Part shown: piece by piece, positions 8,949-18,180 of the stretch
Numbering within the stretch: position 1 is the first letter of the stretch
Layout: every line of letters begins with the position of its first letter
From: Candidatus Pacearchaeota archaeon
GTDB lineage: Archaea > Nanobdellota > Nanobdellia > Pacearchaeales > GW2011-AR1
DNA: 64,000 nt
NCBI GenBank assembly: GCA_041648455.1
Contig: JBAZOZ010000002.1
Span: forward strand, 1,531 to 65,530
Direction: 5' to 3'
Translations under genes and position numbers: made by a program
Notes under the pieces: model-generated
The model's database searches: none
The model's input: the letters and a program-made list of their open reading frames with translations, nothing else
What the model was told of the DNA's origin: nothing

Positions 8949-10223
8949 ATGACATCATGGAAAAATATTAAAAAGAATTTAGATGAGAAAGTAGCTAATT
9001 CAAAAATAGGAAGAACTATCTTTTCAAGAACAGCAAAAGCTATTGCTTTAGGTAGTCTTATTACTACGGCATTGGTTGGAGGAGTTAAATATCATAACTG
9101 GAGAAGTGAGCCAGTTTATAAACATGAAATAAGTGCTGTAGCACCAAGAAACTATAATCCTAACAAAGCAAGCTTAGCAAACAAATTATTACAAGATTTT
9201 CCTACTGAAATTCCTGGGGCTGCTCAAGTTGATAAATATGTTATACCAGAAGCGAAATATTGTTTAGTTCATGTTAGACAAAAACACGTTGTTAAAGGGG
9301 ATTTTAAATATATTTATCATCTAACTGAAAAAGAAATTGAAAATATGAGGAAATTTTTTGAATTAAGTGAAAAAGAAATTAGGGATTTAATCAAAGATGA
9401 TTCTAAAGAAAATGTTTTTGAAAGAACTAAACGATTAAAAAAAACAACAGAAGTTCAAGCAGATATTTATCGAATTTTGGAAAATTTAATTTTAAATAAG
9501 GGATTAAAAGAGGTTTATGATGAGGGATTAACTCCTGAATTTGAAGATTGGAATACTCAAAAATTTAAGACAGATAAATTATGGGATAAAGTCTATAGAA
9601 CTCTTGGAAGTAATGAAAAAAGAGTAAGGGGAGAAATAAGTGAACTTGAGAAAAAAATTAAAGAAGGTAAACAGAGTGTTTCTGTTGCTCTAGAAGCGGA
9701 TTTTGAATATCCTAATGATAAAAATTGTATTGATAAATATCTTTCTAAATTAAGTCAAGAACTTGAAGAACAAAGAAAAAAATTACCTGAAGTTATTGGA
9801 GAAGATAATAAACATGAGCAAGAAAAGAAAAATAGATATCAGTATGATGCAGTGGACAAAGCAGGATTTAATTATGGAATAAAAATTATTCCTGCTGAAA
9901 CTCTTAAGGGGAATATAAGGGCATCACTTGCTATGGATGAAATCAAGAGAGGAAATAAAGATCCGAAATTAGATGAAAAGATATTCGATAACAGAGAAGA
10001 TATTCTTCTTCAATACATCGCCGATCAGAATGAACCTCTTGCAATAAGTGTTTATGGTGGAGCTCATGCATGGGGAGGGAGAGAGTCCTTTGGTACTTCC
10101 TATCCTACAACTGAAAGGACATCTCTAAAAGATAAAGATAATATTGCAGAATGGAATAAAAAACATCCCGACAAAAAATTTTCATTAATAGAAATTACAC
10201 CGACACATTATGAAAAGAAGTGA
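8949..10223 (+). CDS. Membrane-anchored hypothetical protein (single N-terminal TM, about 380-aa soluble domain)
   Basis: TM segment AKAIALGSLITTALVGGV; no recognisable catalytic motif. Confidence 0.45.
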   Translation: MTSWKNIKKNLDEKVANSKIGRTIFSRTAKAIALGSLITTALVGGVKYHNWRSEPVYKHEISAVAPRNYNPNKASLANKLLQDFPTEIPGAAQVDKYVIPEAKYCLVHVRQKHVVKGDFKYIYHLTEKEIENMRKFFELSEKEIRDLIKDDSKENVFERTKRLKKTTEVQADIYRILENLILNKGLKEVYDEGLTPEFEDWNTQKFKTDKLWDKVYRTLGSNEKRVRGEISELEKKIKEGKQSVSVALEADFEYPNDKNCIDKYLSKLSQELEEQRKKLPEVIGEDNKHEQEKKNRYQYDAVDKAGFNYGIKIIPAETLKGNIRASLAMDEIKRGNKDPKLDEKIFDNREDILLQYIADQNEPLAISVYGGAHAWGGRESFGTSYPTTERTSLKDKDNIAEWNKKHPDKKFSLIEITPTHYEKK

Positions 10224-10331
10224 AGTTTGATGTGGTAAATGTGTGGACAGACTTAGATATCTTCGATTTCCAGTACATTCAATTCTCTTTAATATCGAAT
10301 TGAAGTGGCTCGAACCCTTCTCGTTCGAATA

Positions 10332-10501
10332 TGCGCGATACGAGAATCGAACTCGTGTCTCAACGTTTTTGCTTTCTCGCGATTTCCGTCGGAGGCAATT
10401 TAAGAAATCGCCTTACAGCGTCGAAAAAGGAAGGTGTGTGAGAGGAAACCATAGGTTTCCTTCATTGGCAACGTTACGTTCTACCACTAAACCAATCGCG
10501 C
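10332..10501 (-). tRNA. tRNA-Gly(GCC) with a 98-nt intron at canonical position 37/38 (intron 10367..10464)
   Basis: Minus-strand read GCGCGAT-TG-GTTT-AGTGGTA-GAAC-G-TAACG-TTGCCA[intron]A-CGTTG-AGAC-ACGAG-TTCGATT-CTCGT-ATCGCGC-A. Acceptor 7/7, anticodon stem 5/5 (one G-U), T-stem perfect. The intron holds an 8-bp hairpin GCGATTTC..GAAATCGC. Confidence 0.6.
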
Positions 10502-10564
10502 ATAAATAATTCATAGAAAAATAATATTTAAAAGTTGCTGTGGCAACTTTTAACTCTTCAAGAT

Positions 10565-10682
10565 CAGAAAAACGATGCGCCATTGCATTTTTTAAGATGC
10601 GGTTTATTCGGCGCTCGTTTTTTGGATGCTCAAGATTCTAACCACACATCCAGTGTGTGGTTTTTGTCAAGAATCTTGACAT
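10565..10682 (+). repeat. Left copy of an approximately 118-bp inverted-repeat pair (partner 11655..11773)
   Basis: cagaaaaacgatgcgcc...gatgcggtttattcggcgctcgttttttggatgctcaagattctaaccacacatccagtgtgtggtttttgtcaagaatcttgacat. The reverse complement of 11655..11773 matches over the full length with a few substitutions. Internal hairpins AACCACACA/TGTGTGGTT and GTCAAGA/TCTTGAC. Confidence 0.8.
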
Positions 10683-10704
10683 AAAAATCTTGAACATTTA
10701 AAGA

Positions 10705-10950
10705 TTAGTGTTTACGAATTTCCCTTCTAGGAACGAGAATAGGACTGCCTGCGTATTCTGGAACTAATTCTTCTTCTCTCATTGGATATATTATATTTCT
10801 TTGTTTTGGGGTTGAGAGAAAACTTTTTCCATATTCTCCTTTTTCTTCTTTAACTGGATTTCCATCTTCATCTAATATCATAGGGCCAGAAATAACTCTT
10901 TCAATGTTTCCTTTAGGATTTCCAATAAAAATTCTATCGAATCTCATCAT
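10705..10950 (-). CDS. Hypothetical small protein (81 aa)
   Basis: ORF track; sits with tsaC between the inverted repeats. Confidence 0.45.
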   Translation of the reverse strand: MMRFDRIFIGNPKGNIERVISGPMILDEDGNPVKEEKGEYGKSFLSTPKQRNIIYPMREEELVPEYAGSPILVPRREIRKH

Positions 10951-11020
10951 GTTATTAGAATTTTGAAGTTTAAAATCTTTATTGTGGTACTTTCTGATGA
11001 TTGTTTTGGCATATTTCTCT

Positions 11021-11602
11021 TCATCTTTTTATTTCTTTGCCGCCTATTATTAATGTTGATGGTCTGCCTTCTAATTTTCCAGCATCTATTATTATATCAA
11101 TTTTATCTTCGATTTCTTTTGGGATTTCATTTATAGATTCTATTGCAGATTCTCCAGAGAGATTTACAGAAGTTGTTATAAATGGTTTTCCAGAGTTTTG
11201 AATTATTTTTGTGAATTCATTATATGGAATTCTTATTCCTATTGAATCTGTATTAGAAACATGTTTTAAAAAATCAAGATTTTTCTTCTTTAAAATTATT
11301 GTATAGGGACCTGGAAGATATTTATTTAAATCTGTGTCAATTATCAAATTTTCCTCTATCCATTTTATATAAGGAGCAATAATTGATAATGGTTTATCTC
11401 TATCTCTTTGTTTTATTTGTTTTATTTTTTCAACAGAATCTTTATTTTCTGCATCACATCCAAGCCCATATATTGTATCTGTTGGATAAATAAATATTTT
11501 ACCTTCTTCAATTCCAATTAATATTTCTTCTTCATCTATTTCATTTATCTTTATTATTTTCATATATAATCCAGTAGACAATAGGTTAAAAAATTTAAGC
11601 AT
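11021..11602 (-). CDS. tsaC: L-threonylcarbamoyladenylate synthase, TsaC/YrdC/Sua5 family
   Basis: YPTDTIYGLGCDA, LPGPYTIIL, IGIRIP, ITTSVNLSG and STLI motifs. Likely start at MKIIKIN (11563). Confidence 0.8.
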   Translation of the reverse strand: MLKFFNLLSTGLYMKIIKINEIDEEEILIGIEEGKIFIYPTDTIYGLGCDAENKDSVEKIKQIKQRDRDKPLSIIAPYIKWIEENLIIDTDLNKYLPGPYTIILKKKNLDFLKHVSNTDSIGIRIPYNEFTKIIQNSGKPFITTSVNLSGESAIESINEIPKEIEDKIDIIIDAGKLEGRPSTLIIGGKEIKR

Positions 11603-11654
11603 TATTGTAATCGAGAAATATGGCCCTACGAGGGACTCACAAAAGCATTTTCAT

Positions 11655-11773
11655 GATGTCAAGATTCTTGACAAAACCACACACTTAAGTGTGTGTGGTT
11701 AGAATCTTGAACATCCAAAAAACGAGCGCCGAATAAACCGCATCTTTCAAGGTGCGGTGGCGCATCGTTTTTC
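11655..11773 (-). repeat. Right copy of the approximately 118-bp inverted-repeat pair
   Basis: atgtcaagattcttgacaaaaccacacacttaagtgtgtggttagaatcttgaacatccaaaaaacgagcgccgaataaaccgcatc...gcgcatcgtttttctg is the reverse complement of 10565..10682. Confidence 0.8.
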
Positions 11774-11807
11774 TGATTTATATATTTTAGTAAAAATGCT
11801 TTCGCTC

Positions 11808-11834
11808 GGTTGAACCTCGGACTACTCGGTGTAA
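11808..11834 (-). other. 27-nt duplicate of the tRNA-Val 3' portion (anticodon loop through T-loop), att-like fragment
   Basis: gttgaacctcggactactcggtgtaaac is identical to 12512..12538 inside tRNA-Val(TAC) and diverges on both sides. Confidence 0.6.
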
Positions 11835-11911
11835 ACTAATATATCATAAAGCATCTAAATAAAAAGAGCACTTTAAGATAGCTCGTTTAACACGAATGGT
11901 TTTTATTTAGT

Positions 11912-12484
11912 TTAGATATATTCCTTCATACTTTTAATTAACAACATTATGGCTTCATACTTGTCTTTCACTATTTCTTTAGCTTCTGGCAATGTCAGCT
12001 TAATATCCCAATTTCTTTGCATTTTTTTCTCTATTCTTATAACTGCATCTTCAAAAGAGTCTGTTGTTTTTAAAAAAACATTAAATAAATCTAAAAATGT
12101 ATCAAAGTGCGCCATTGCATCTGCACATGCAACAATTTTAGCTTCCAATGTTTCTGGATTTGGTTCAGCTCTTCCCCTATGAGCTAAAACACAATGAGCT
12201 ACTTTTTCTATAAATTCATTATCATACCCCAATTCTTTTAGAAATTTTTTACTTTGTTCTGCTCCGTCGATATGATGGGTATTTTCTTTTACAAATTCCT
12301 TTACATCATCTCTATTAAGTGAACGAGCAATATCATGTAAGTATGCTGCCATTTCTACAACATCTTTGTCAGCTTTTAATTTGTCTGCTAATAACATCGC
12401 ATTTTTTACAACAGCAGAAATATGGCACTTAAAATCTCCTTCTTCATATTTTTCCTTAATTAATCTTAATACTTTTTCTTCCAT
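11912..12484 (-). CDS. HD-domain phosphohydrolase
   Basis: H..HDIAR, ...H...H.. and CADAMAH motifs. The track start 12505 overlaps tRNA-Val, so ATG at 12484 (MEEKVL) is chosen. Confidence 0.7.
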   Translation of the reverse strand: MEEKVLRLIKEKYEEGDFKCHISAVVKNAMLLADKLKADKDVVEMAAYLHDIARSLNRDDVKEFVKENTHHIDGAEQSKKFLKELGYDNEFIEKVAHCVLAHRGRAEPNPETLEAKIVACADAMAHFDTFLDLFNVFLKTTDSFEDAVIRIEKKMQRNWDIKLTLPEAKEIVKDKYEAIMLLIKSMKEYI

Positions 12485-12497
12485 GTTATTGTTTGAA

Positions 12498-12568
12498 TGG
12501 CCCATCGAGGAGTTGAACCTCGGACTACTCGGTGTAAACGAGTCATTTTACCGCTAGACTAATAGGCC
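12498..12568 (-). tRNA. tRNA-Val(TAC)
   Basis: Minus-strand read GGCCTAT...ACTCG-TTTACAC-CGAGT-AGTC-CGAGG-TTCAACT-CCTCG-ATGGGCC-A. Acceptor 7/7 (one G-U), perfect anticodon and T stems, GG in D-loop, no encoded CCA. Confidence 0.7.
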
Positions 12569-12793
12569 GTAAAATAATATTATTAATTTTGATTAAAAAT
12601 GTTTCTGTTCTTAAAATTTCCCTTTCTTTTAAGTATAGACTATCTAAATATTTTCTATCTCTACAATTCACTAATTCATGACTTGCAGATATAGTGAAAG
12701 ATATAATTCTTCCCATCTAATCAACGACAAAATAAGGAAAAATAAGTCGTTGATTATAGTAACTTTTATAAATGGAAACTTCATTTTTTAATC

Positions 12794-14356
12794 ATGCAAA
12801 ATAAAACCTCTCAAACAAATGACGAAGAAATTCCTGGAATGGAGCTTGACAGGAAGTATGACAAAAAAAATATTCTTCCTGAAAATCCTACGGAAACGAA
12901 AAAAGAAATGGAGAAAACTAAAAAGGAATTGGATAAGTTTAAAAATTCTATTGTTAAAAAATATCCGTTCGTTCAGTCGCTCAGTATTTTGCCTCCACAA
13001 ACGATTAAAATGTTTATTGATGAAGAGGAAGTTCCCAAGGAAACTGAAAAGTATATTCATCTTTATATGATTCTTTCTGAGGATAAATTCAAGGAAATAC
13101 CGAAGGTAAAACAAGAAATTCTCGGAGAGATTGAAACTCTTCAGAAAAATATGAAACAAAAAATTTGGCTGCAAATTAAAACACCGGTTGATGTTTGGGA
13201 AGCATGTTTGGATTCAAAATTTGAAATCTCGTCGGCAATTGCAATTTCTTTCCCGTTATATGACAAGGGTTTTTTAGGCGCGTTGAGAGTTGCTGAAATT
13301 CATAAATCTCTGGTTTTGCAAAAGTTTGAAAAATATGTTGTCTCTTATGTTATTGGCGGAAGTCTTGTTAGAGGAGAAGCTATTCCAACTTCTGATGTTG
13401 ATGTTTTTATTGTTATAAATGACACCGACGTGAAACAAATGCCAAGATTGGAATTGAAAGAAAGACTTAGAGGAATTATTTACAAATATATCGGAGAGGC
13501 GACTGCTTTGGCTGGAGTAAAAAATGAATTGTCACCTCAGATTTATCTCTTGACAGATTTTTGGGAATCGGTTAAAGATGCTCATCCTGTAATTTTTACT
13601 TTTATCCGAGATGGAATCCCAATTTATGATCGTCATACTTTCCTTCCATGGAAAAATCTTTTAAGAATGGGAAAGTTGAAACCTTCTCCCGAGGCTATTG
13701 ACATGTTTATGAAAACTGCGGACAAGACAAAAGAAATGATTGAGAGAAGATTGATCGATGCTATGATTGATGTTTATTACGGAGTTTTGACTCCGAGCCA
13801 GGCGTTAGTTATGCTTTATGGTTTGCCTCCTCCGACGCACAAAGAGGCTCCTATTTTAATGAAGAAAATTTTTGTTGACAAGGAAAAAATGCTGGAGAAA
13901 AAATATGTTAATTTTCTTGACAAGGCAGTTAAGATGTTCAAGGCATATGAGCATGATCCAAAATACAAAGTTTCTGGAAAACAAATTGACGAGCTTGTGA
14001 AAGAATCTGAAGAATACATAAAAAGATTAAAAGAATTGAGAGAGCAAATTGAAAAAAGATCTCAGGAAAAAACTATCGAGCAAACTTACAAAGATGTTTT
14101 TGAACTCTTGAAAACAATTGTTGGAAATAAATCTCAGGAAAAAACTATCGAAGATTTTGAAAAAAATTTTGTGAAAAAAGGACAATTTTCTCCTCAAGAT
14201 TTAAGGATATTGAATGATATTGTAGGAGCCAGAAAAGAATTCAAGAAGGGAAAACTTGATTCGCATAAAGTAGATAATGCAAGAAAGAACGCGTCTATTT
14301 TAATTAGTGATTTAATTGAATATAATCAAAGATGTGAACTTGTGAAAAAAAAGTGA
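12794..14356 (+). CDS. Nucleotidyltransferase-domain protein (Pol-beta superfamily) with helical C-terminal extension; paralog of 17323..18180
   Basis: GGSLVRGEAIPTSDVDVFIV (GS...DxD) and shared block PVI..I..G..I.D......GK.K.SPEAI. Confidence 0.55.
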   Translation: MQNKTSQTNDEEIPGMELDRKYDKKNILPENPTETKKEMEKTKKELDKFKNSIVKKYPFVQSLSILPPQTIKMFIDEEEVPKETEKYIHLYMILSEDKFKEIPKVKQEILGEIETLQKNMKQKIWLQIKTPVDVWEACLDSKFEISSAIAISFPLYDKGFLGALRVAEIHKSLVLQKFEKYVVSYVIGGSLVRGEAIPTSDVDVFIVINDTDVKQMPRLELKERLRGIIYKYIGEATALAGVKNELSPQIYLLTDFWESVKDAHPVIFTFIRDGIPIYDRHTFLPWKNLLRMGKLKPSPEAIDMFMKTADKTKEMIERRLIDAMIDVYYGVLTPSQALVMLYGLPPPTHKEAPILMKKIFVDKEKMLEKKYVNFLDKAVKMFKAYEHDPKYKVSGKQIDELVKESEEYIKRLKELREQIEKRSQEKTIEQTYKDVFELLKTIVGNKSQEKTIEDFEKNFVKKGQFSPQDLRILNDIVGARKEFKKGKLDSHKVDNARKNASILISDLIEYNQRCELVKKK

Positions 14357-14427
14357 TTGGCTTCAGAGAAAAGTTCTGAATATAAAATGAAAAAAACAAG
14401 AAATTTTTTACCTCTTAAACACAGGAT

Positions 14428-14823
14428 GTGTTCAAGATGAGAAGACAAAGAAATTTGATTGTTGGTAAGGAAGAAGCCATTCCGGTTGGAGCGGTTTTTC
14501 AAAGAAGTAAATATTATTTTATCGTCGGGAATTCTGATGAGAATGGAATGATTAATTATTGTTCTATTGATAGATTTGCTTTTGCATCTGAAAGATTAAA
14601 ATATAATGATGGAATAGAACACCTCACAATTCAAGAAAGCCCGTTTTATTTTTCAAGGCAGCACATCAATTGGATTAGAAATTATCTTAATAATAACGAA
14701 GCCAAAAATCTTAGCAAAATAGAAATAGATAATCTTAAGCAAGATTTAGATGTTGCAGCCAGAGATGGATTAAAAAAGGATGTTAAGAAGTTGATTGAAA
14801 TTTGTTCTGAGAAGAAGATTTAA
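14428..14823 (+). CDS. Hypothetical protein (131 aa)
   Basis: ORF track only. Confidence 0.35.
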   Translation: MFKMRRQRNLIVGKEEAIPVGAVFQRSKYYFIVGNSDENGMINYCSIDRFAFASERLKYNDGIEHLTIQESPFYFSRQHINWIRNYLNNNEAKNLSKIEIDNLKQDLDVAARDGLKKDVKKLIEICSEKKI

Positions 14824-14882
14824 AAACTATTTTTCTTCTTGTTAATTATATAATAAAATTTAAATTTAAGGAAAAATTCAAA

Positions 14883-15140
14883 ATGAAAGCAAAAATTATT
14901 CAGTTCCGAAGGGGAAGGCACGTAATTCATGACAGACATTTTTTAATAGAAATAGAAGGAACTAAAAATAAAAAAGATGCTGAAAAATTCATCGGTAAAG
15001 ATGTTGAATGGAAATCACCTGCCGGGAAAATTATAAAAGGAAAAATTTCTGCTGCACATGGAAATAATGGAATTGTTCGTGCGATTTTTGAAAGGGGCTT
15101 GCCAGGACAAGCAATTACAAATGAGGTTGAGATAAAATGA
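14883..15140 (+). CDS. rpl35ae: Ribosomal protein L35Ae
   Basis: FRRGRH..H, IEIEG, GK.VEWKSP.GK.I.GKI...HGNNGIVRA.FE.GLPGQA. Confidence 0.8.
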   Translation: MKAKIIQFRRGRHVIHDRHFLIEIEGTKNKKDAEKFIGKDVEWKSPAGKIIKGKISAAHGNNGIVRAIFERGLPGQAITNEVEIK

Positions 15141-15343
15141 AGACAATAGAATTAATAGTGCCAATGATGTCTAGTTCTATTCCAGACCAAGTATTAAATA
15201 TAACTATCGATGATAAAGAATGCGATATCCCAGATAAATCTAAGGTGATATTAGCGGGTAATAGTTCCAATCTTTTTTATGCTATTGCTCAATTAAATGA
15301 TAAAGAATATCTTATTTCAAGTTTAGGAGTTAAAAAAAGATAA
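15137..15343 (+). CDS. Hypothetical small protein between L35Ae and L10e (ATGA overlap)
   Basis: ORF track; the operonic position suggests it is real. Confidence 0.35.
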   Translation: MKTIELIVPMMSSSIPDQVLNITIDDKECDIPDKSKVILAGNSSNLFYAIAQLNDKEYLISSLGVKKR

Positions 15344-15344
15344 C

Positions 15345-15893
15345 ATGGCTGCACTAAGAAAAGCAAATGCATATTCGAAGAGGATAGTTGTTCCATATAC
15401 TAGAATTAGCAAGAAAAAAAATAAATCGTATATAAAAACAGTTCCGCCTCAAAAAATTGTAAAATTCACTATGGGAAATGAAAATTTAATTAGTCAAGGA
15501 AAACTTCCGCACACATTGACTGTTGTTTCTGAAGATAATGTTCAGATTAGGCACAACGCTCTCGAGGCGTGCAGACAATTTGTTAATAAAAAATTAGAGA
15601 CAGAACTTGCAGGAAATTATGTCTTCAAGGTTATTCCTTTTCCGCATCACATTCAAAGGGAAAATAAGATGCTTACTGGTGCTGGAGCAGATAGAATGCA
15701 GACAGGAATGCAGTTATCTTTTGGAAAATCTATTGGTAAGGCAGCGATTATAAAAAAAGGAAGCAAGATATTTTTCGTTGCTGTTGCAAATGAAAAAGCA
15801 GTAAGTCTTGCCCGAGAAGCGTTAAAGCAAATTAAGTCAAAACTTCCATGCAGGACAAGAATTATTTACCAAGATTTATCTAAAAAGAAATAA
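15345..15893 (+). CDS. rpl10e: Ribosomal protein L10e (uL16)
   Basis: AYSKR, RHNALEACR, FKVIPFPHH and MLTGAGADRMQTGM motifs. Confidence 0.9.
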   Translation: MAALRKANAYSKRIVVPYTRISKKKNKSYIKTVPPQKIVKFTMGNENLISQGKLPHTLTVVSEDNVQIRHNALEACRQFVNKKLETELAGNYVFKVIPFPHHIQRENKMLTGAGADRMQTGMQLSFGKSIGKAAIIKKGSKIFFVAVANEKAVSLAREALKQIKSKLPCRTRIIYQDLSKKK

Positions 15894-16177
15894 AATTAGC
15901 ACTTCGTGAATTAGTTGTTCAGAATTAGACTTTCGTCATAATTCTTCGCTAAGAAATACTCTTAACGCATAAATTAAATACTAGGTTCAGCTGTAATTTT
16001 TGTTGAATTAATAGTTTTTCCGACGGAGAAATCAAATGAAGCGGATTTCCGAGTTAAAGTAAATTTAAGAACTTGTTGTGAAGTAAGTCTTTTGTCTGGA
16101 TATTCTTATCCATTGTTACTTCTTATTAGTTATAACAATATAGAAAAGTTTATAAATATGGAAATTGTTGGAAAAAT

Positions 16178-16534
16178 ATGAAAGACGAATACACAAAATT
16201 TGAAGAGGAAGCAAAAAGATTGGGTAGTGGAACGAATACTAAGGGCGTATCAGATGAAGAGAACCAATACTTCTCAAGAGCCTCAAAGAGAATATCATAT
16301 AAAGTTGAAGAATCTAGGAGAATATTTAATGAGATAAGACGGTATGCACTTTTAGGAATTACGGCTGTTGAAATGTATAAAAAAGTAAAACACAATCCAG
16401 AAGCAGAAAGAAAATTCCTATCACAATTAAAATTCGCATTAGAAAGACTTGTTCAGGAAAATCCAGAATTAGGAACAAAAATTCCTGCAGCATTTAAATC
16501 TGAAACACTAAGACAAATCCCAATTTCACAATAA
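16178..16534 (+). CDS. Hypothetical protein (118 aa)
   Basis: ORF track; helical/charged. Confidence 0.4.
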   Translation: MKDEYTKFEEEAKRLGSGTNTKGVSDEENQYFSRASKRISYKVEESRRIFNEIRRYALLGITAVEMYKKVKHNPEAERKFLSQLKFALERLVQENPELGTKIPAAFKSETLRQIPISQ

Positions 16535-16565
16535 AATATTTAAATTAATAAAACAAACAAAAAAC

Positions 16566-17162
16566 ATGGCAGATTTAAGACGATATGAACTTGCTCCAAT
16601 TGGTTTGGAGTATTTTGAAAGAAAAGACATTGGTGCAGCGAAGGCTTCGTTAGACAACTTATTAAAAAGTATTTCTGCAACAGTTACAGATCCTAATTTA
16701 AAAGATGATTTTAAAATCATTGGAGAAGGTTCAGAAGCAAGTAAAGAAGGAATAGCAACCGCACTTTCTGGTTATGGAAAAAAATATTTAGATGCAGTAA
16801 AAAATTCTAATTTGGGGGATTTTTGGGATGTTTACAAAGATGAATTTAACGACGCTGAAAAAAGAGTTTATGGAGCTAAAATCTCGAGATTCTCTGGTCT
16901 TAAATTAGAGGAATTAGAAAAGGAAATTAAGACAAGGCAGGATAGACTTGCAGAAATCTTGGACAATAATTTGAATGTTCCTGCTGCAGAAATAAATACT
17001 TTAAATGACGAATTAAATCATTATAACGAAGCTTATCAGCTTATAGCAAAAGCACAGGAAATTAGAGTTGGCAATTTGAAATTGAAGGTATATACTGATG
17101 CAAGAAAAGAAGAGAATGACAATTCTAAAAAAGAAATGAGATCTATAATAGGAATTAAATAA
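16566..17162 (+). CDS. Hypothetical protein (198 aa), coiled-coil rich
   Basis: ORF track. Confidence 0.45.
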   Translation: MADLRRYELAPIGLEYFERKDIGAAKASLDNLLKSISATVTDPNLKDDFKIIGEGSEASKEGIATALSGYGKKYLDAVKNSNLGDFWDVYKDEFNDAEKRVYGAKISRFSGLKLEELEKEIKTRQDRLAEILDNNLNVPAAEINTLNDELNHYNEAYQLIAKAQEIRVGNLKLKVYTDARKEENDNSKKEMRSIIGIK

Positions 17163-17322
17163 TTAATTGTCTCGATATAATTGCTCCGAATCGGCTATTC
17201 GTCATTAGTCGCAATTTCGCACGAGAATTAATAATAAATTATTCTCTACCACAAAATCGTTCGGCTCCGCCAGAAAATTATTAATGCAATAAGAATTTCA
17301 AGATATTTATTCAACGATTTAA

Positions 17323-18180
17323 TTATTTTATGATATCCTTAACTAATTGCACCATGACATCCAAAAAATCTTGAGTTTTTTTCTGCCATTCGTCTATTTC
17401 AACACCTTTCAAATCGGTTACTTCCCCATGAGAAATTTTTTTATGAAGCAAGAATAAATCTCTGTAATCAATGACATATTTCATTTTTAATTTTCCTGTA
17501 TTCACAAAAGTTTCTTTCAAATCAATTGGAATGTGTTCTGGCGACGGAGGAAGAACGTTTGATGCAATCAACGCCGCGTGAGAAGAATCAACCATTGCCC
17601 AAAATAATCCTTCTATAGAATTTAATTCTGATGCTTTGCTTCTTGCTAAATGCTGGGGTGCTCTTTCAAGACAGCTGTAAATTGCTTCGGGGGTTGATTT
17701 TATTTTTCCCGTAATTAATAAATATTTTAATGGTTCAAAAAATCCTGCGAAGTCAATCAGAGATTCTCCATATCGCAATATATTTATAATGACGGGGTCG
17801 CCCCTCATCAAATCTTCCCACCAGGTGCTTAATTTCACCGTGTTTATGTGCAGTTCTCTGCTGTAAGGATTTGCTCTTACCATCTTATCGAGCTCTTCTC
17901 TATACCAGGCAATTAGCTCTTGGTCCCATTTTATTGAAACGTCGTCTATAACAATGATTATATCAATATCAGAGCCTTTGGTGCTTGTTTGCTTTATTGT
18001 CGAGCCGAATAGAATTGTTGATTTTACTATTTTGTTGAATTTTTGGTAAACCTTTGTTGCAAAGTCCATTGCTATTTCAGATTCTGTTTTCAAATTCAAT
18101 GTTGAAACATTTTTTTTATTAGTTATTTTAGGTTTGTCTACAACTTTAGAAATTTTCTTCACACTCTTTTCTTTTTTCAT
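17323..18180 (-). CDS. Nucleotidyltransferase-domain protein (MNT-like N-terminus plus HEPN-like C-terminus); paralog of 12794..14356
   Basis: ILFGSTIKQTSTKGSDIDIIIVIDD and DPVIINILRYGESLID...GKIKSTPEAI. An AGGAA-type array lies upstream at 18181..18236. Confidence 0.55.
   Translation of the reverse strand: MKKEKSVKKISKVVDKPKITNKKNVSTLNLKTESEIAMDFATKVYQKFNKIVKSTILFGSTIKQTSTKGSDIDIIIVIDDVSIKWDQELIAWYREELDKMVRANPYSRELHINTVKLSTWWEDLMRGDPVIINILRYGESLIDFAGFFEPLKYLLITGKIKSTPEAIYSCLERAPQHLARSKASELNSIEGLFWAMVDSSHAALIASNVLPPSPEHIPIDLKETFVNTGKLKMKYVIDYRDLFLLHKKISHGEVTDLKGVEIDEWQKKTQDFLDVMVQLVKDIIK

Noticed and set aside
10262-10331. Second tRNA-like T-arm (GGGTTCGAGCC) just 3' of tRNA-Gly
   Set aside because: No consistent acceptor or anticodon stems could be built. 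It is probably a palindromic terminator-like or degenerate tRNA remnant.
10243-10509. ORF 10243..10509 (88 aa) and ORF 28879..29136 (85 aa) sharing RRQFKKS
   Set aside because: Both overlay tRNA genes, the tRNA-Gly intron and the shared GCGATTTC hairpin element. The shared peptide is the translation of that DNA repeat.
10565-11773. IS element or transposon bounded by the 118-bp inverted repeats
   Set aside because: The interior encodes tsaC and a small hypothetical, with no transposase or integrase. It is kept as an IR-flanked cassette of unknown mechanism.
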